Below, one piece after another: positions 62,169 to 64,000 of a stretch of 64,000 bases of DNA. This DNA comes from Orbicella franksi (lineage: Eukaryota). Numbering within the stretch: position 1 is the stretch's first letter; the number at the start of each line of letters is the position of its first letter. The stretch spans positions 4,898,001 through 4,962,000 of the forward strand of contig OZ116699.1 in NCBI GenBank assembly GCA_964199315.1. Reading direction: 5' to 3'. The translations under genes were made by a program, and so were the position numbers. The notes under the pieces are model-generated. The model was not told the DNA's origin. It was given only the letters and a program-made list of their open reading frames with translations, and made no database searches.

Positions 62169-63863
62169 TCACTTTCTACCAGCTCCTTTGAGACGGTTGC
62201 GTACTCTCTGCCAGGAGAAAGAATGGAAGGAAGACAGAATTAGCATATTCAATATTGCATTTTCCTTCAGTTATTTCTGCAGCATCTGAAATGGCAGTCA
62301 GTCTTTGTTGCTGTTTTCTTTACCTCAAGCTCGGGAATTGATTAAAAAATTCACTAGACTTAACAGCAAAGGTCACTTAGATATTTTGTTTGAACTAATT
62401 TTGGCAAACTTATGTGACATGCATTTATTAGCACCTCTTTGGTGCATAAGTTTGACCATCTCAAAGGCAAATAATCTTTTAAATTGCTCTTTCAAAATTT
62501 CGTCGTGCATAACAAAGATGTTAAAGAAAAAAAAACAATTTTCAAACACTGATTCGCTTTTTTTTTCATTTCCTCACTTTTAGGATTTTTACCCAGTCTA
62601 CCATCAAAACCTATAATATTGCTTTTCGTTTGCAAAAACTTTAATTAAACCACTCCTAAAATCATTGCACATGAACGTTGTAGGTACCTGCACGTTGAAA
62701 TTGCGCCTATGCCTGCAACGTTTTTTTTTTTCATTGTTAGTTTATTTTTTGGCTTTTACAGTTATCTGCAATTAAAGAAGCTACGTTACGTTTTGCAGAT
62801 CTTGAGAAGTTAAGCCTAAATCTTTCAAGTTCGTTGTGTGTAATCCGTGTTAATCTTCTCCATCCTTAACCATCCTCGTTCCTTAATGGTTTATTAGAAT
62901 CTCTTTGGTGTTTTTCCATCTTGGTAAACTACTAGTTTTCAGATTTCCTTCAAGTTAAAGACAATTTGTACGCACTTACGCACGTTAAAATAAGAATGAA
63001 GAGAGATTGTTCTGAGTGATCTCAGGTTACTTGTGCAGGCGAGGCAAGTCCTTTCCGCGAGAAAAACAACGAGCAACAACACAATGAACCTTGACTCGAC
63101 TCATTATGTCTTCAAAAAGTCGCGTTCTCTGCGTCCAGAGAACCGAGAGCTTAGTTCGTGAAATAACTTTCCTAATTTCCCTTTCTGATGTCAAACTCCG
63201 TCCAAAACTTTAAGGTGTTACTTAGTTGAACAGTCCTTGCGTTTTTTTCCCTTGACCGAGAACCCGCGAATACAGCTTATGAAGCTAACACCTCTTTAAA
63301 ACAAACGTGAACCTACTTTGTCATACAGTTGAGCACGTAATCTGTTGGTGCGATAGAAAGCTAACCGCTTTTTTTCTTCGTTTTTAGCTTTCACCTCAGG
63401 CAAGTTCTTGTAGAGCCTGAAAAATACGAACAAGGAAGTTGTATTCAGGAAAACACAAACAGATAAACAAACAACAAACCGCAAGACAAATAGAAAGGAC
63501 TTTTTATTATTTATTGACTTTTTTCATTACGTTTTCTGTCCATGTAGCAATCTGAAATCCACCTCCAAAGGTTATTTAACTTTTGAAATGTCTTACAGTT
63601 AAACGACACAAATCTTAAAAAAAGAACTTCAGACACAAATATCCTTGCAATAATATTTTAATTTTTAATAATTTTTCTCACGCAACATCCCTCATATTTA
63701 ATTATACCCAAACTTTTGCGAAACGCGAAATAAGTCTAGCCAAAAGAAACCTTCTGAACAAATGCACGTCTCACCGGAATTTTACAGTATTGCTTTTACC
63801 TCTTATTTAGATCTTTCATCTCCGCTCGAGTCATCTGTCTTGGTTTCGGCACAAAAAGCTGGT
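62169..63863 (-). CDS. 3' end of an ALMS-motif protein (ALMS1/CEP295/C10orf90 family); gene continues beyond the window
   Basis: Exons 63863-63800, 63416-63317, 62207-62169 join in phase: QLFVPKPRQMTRAEMKDLNKRLYKNLPEVKAKNEEKKRLAFYRTNRLRAQLYDKRVRNRLKGAGRK*. Confidence 0.88.
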
Positions 63864-64000
63864 CTGAAACACAGATTGAATTCATGGAGGTGACTTTAAA
63901 AGAAACACACATCTTTGAATTTTTTACATCCAGTCTTAGAATATCAGTGCAAACTGAGAACATAGTTTGGAAACTATGGCCAAATGCTTTTGTCAGCAGT

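Overview
Eukaryotic, AT-rich, intron-dense animal DNA. The repeat families and gene content suggest a cnidarian, probably a stony coral; this is inference. I hand-spliced four genes with GT-AG junctions and continuous reading frames: RNPC3/U11-U12-65K (+, 847-12765, 13 coding exons, 479 aa), TAPT1 (-, 41072-29375, 14 exons, 661 aa), CFAP206 (+, 41331-56368, 17 exons, 626 aa), and the last three exons of an ALMS-motif centrosomal gene (-, 63863-62169, continuing beyond the window). TAPT1 and CFAP206 are head-to-head with only 258 nt between start codons. The standout is a single-exon 829-aa ORF (57626-60115) that fuses about 10 ankyrin repeats to a cGAS-like/Mab-21 nucleotidyltransferase (cGLR). 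Its GS...E-x-D...D catalytic motif is intact, it has no zinc thumb, and it carries an acidic insertion. Two U12-type (minor spliceosome) introns are visible: the last intron of RNPC3 itself and intron 6 of TAPT1. Introns and the gene-poor 13-29 kb interval are full of MITEs and foldbacks, plus a Penelope-like remnant, a hAT element with a 5-bp TSD, SINE fragments and microsatellites. No database search was run: gene names come from recognising conserved peptides from memory, and repeat classes are tentative.
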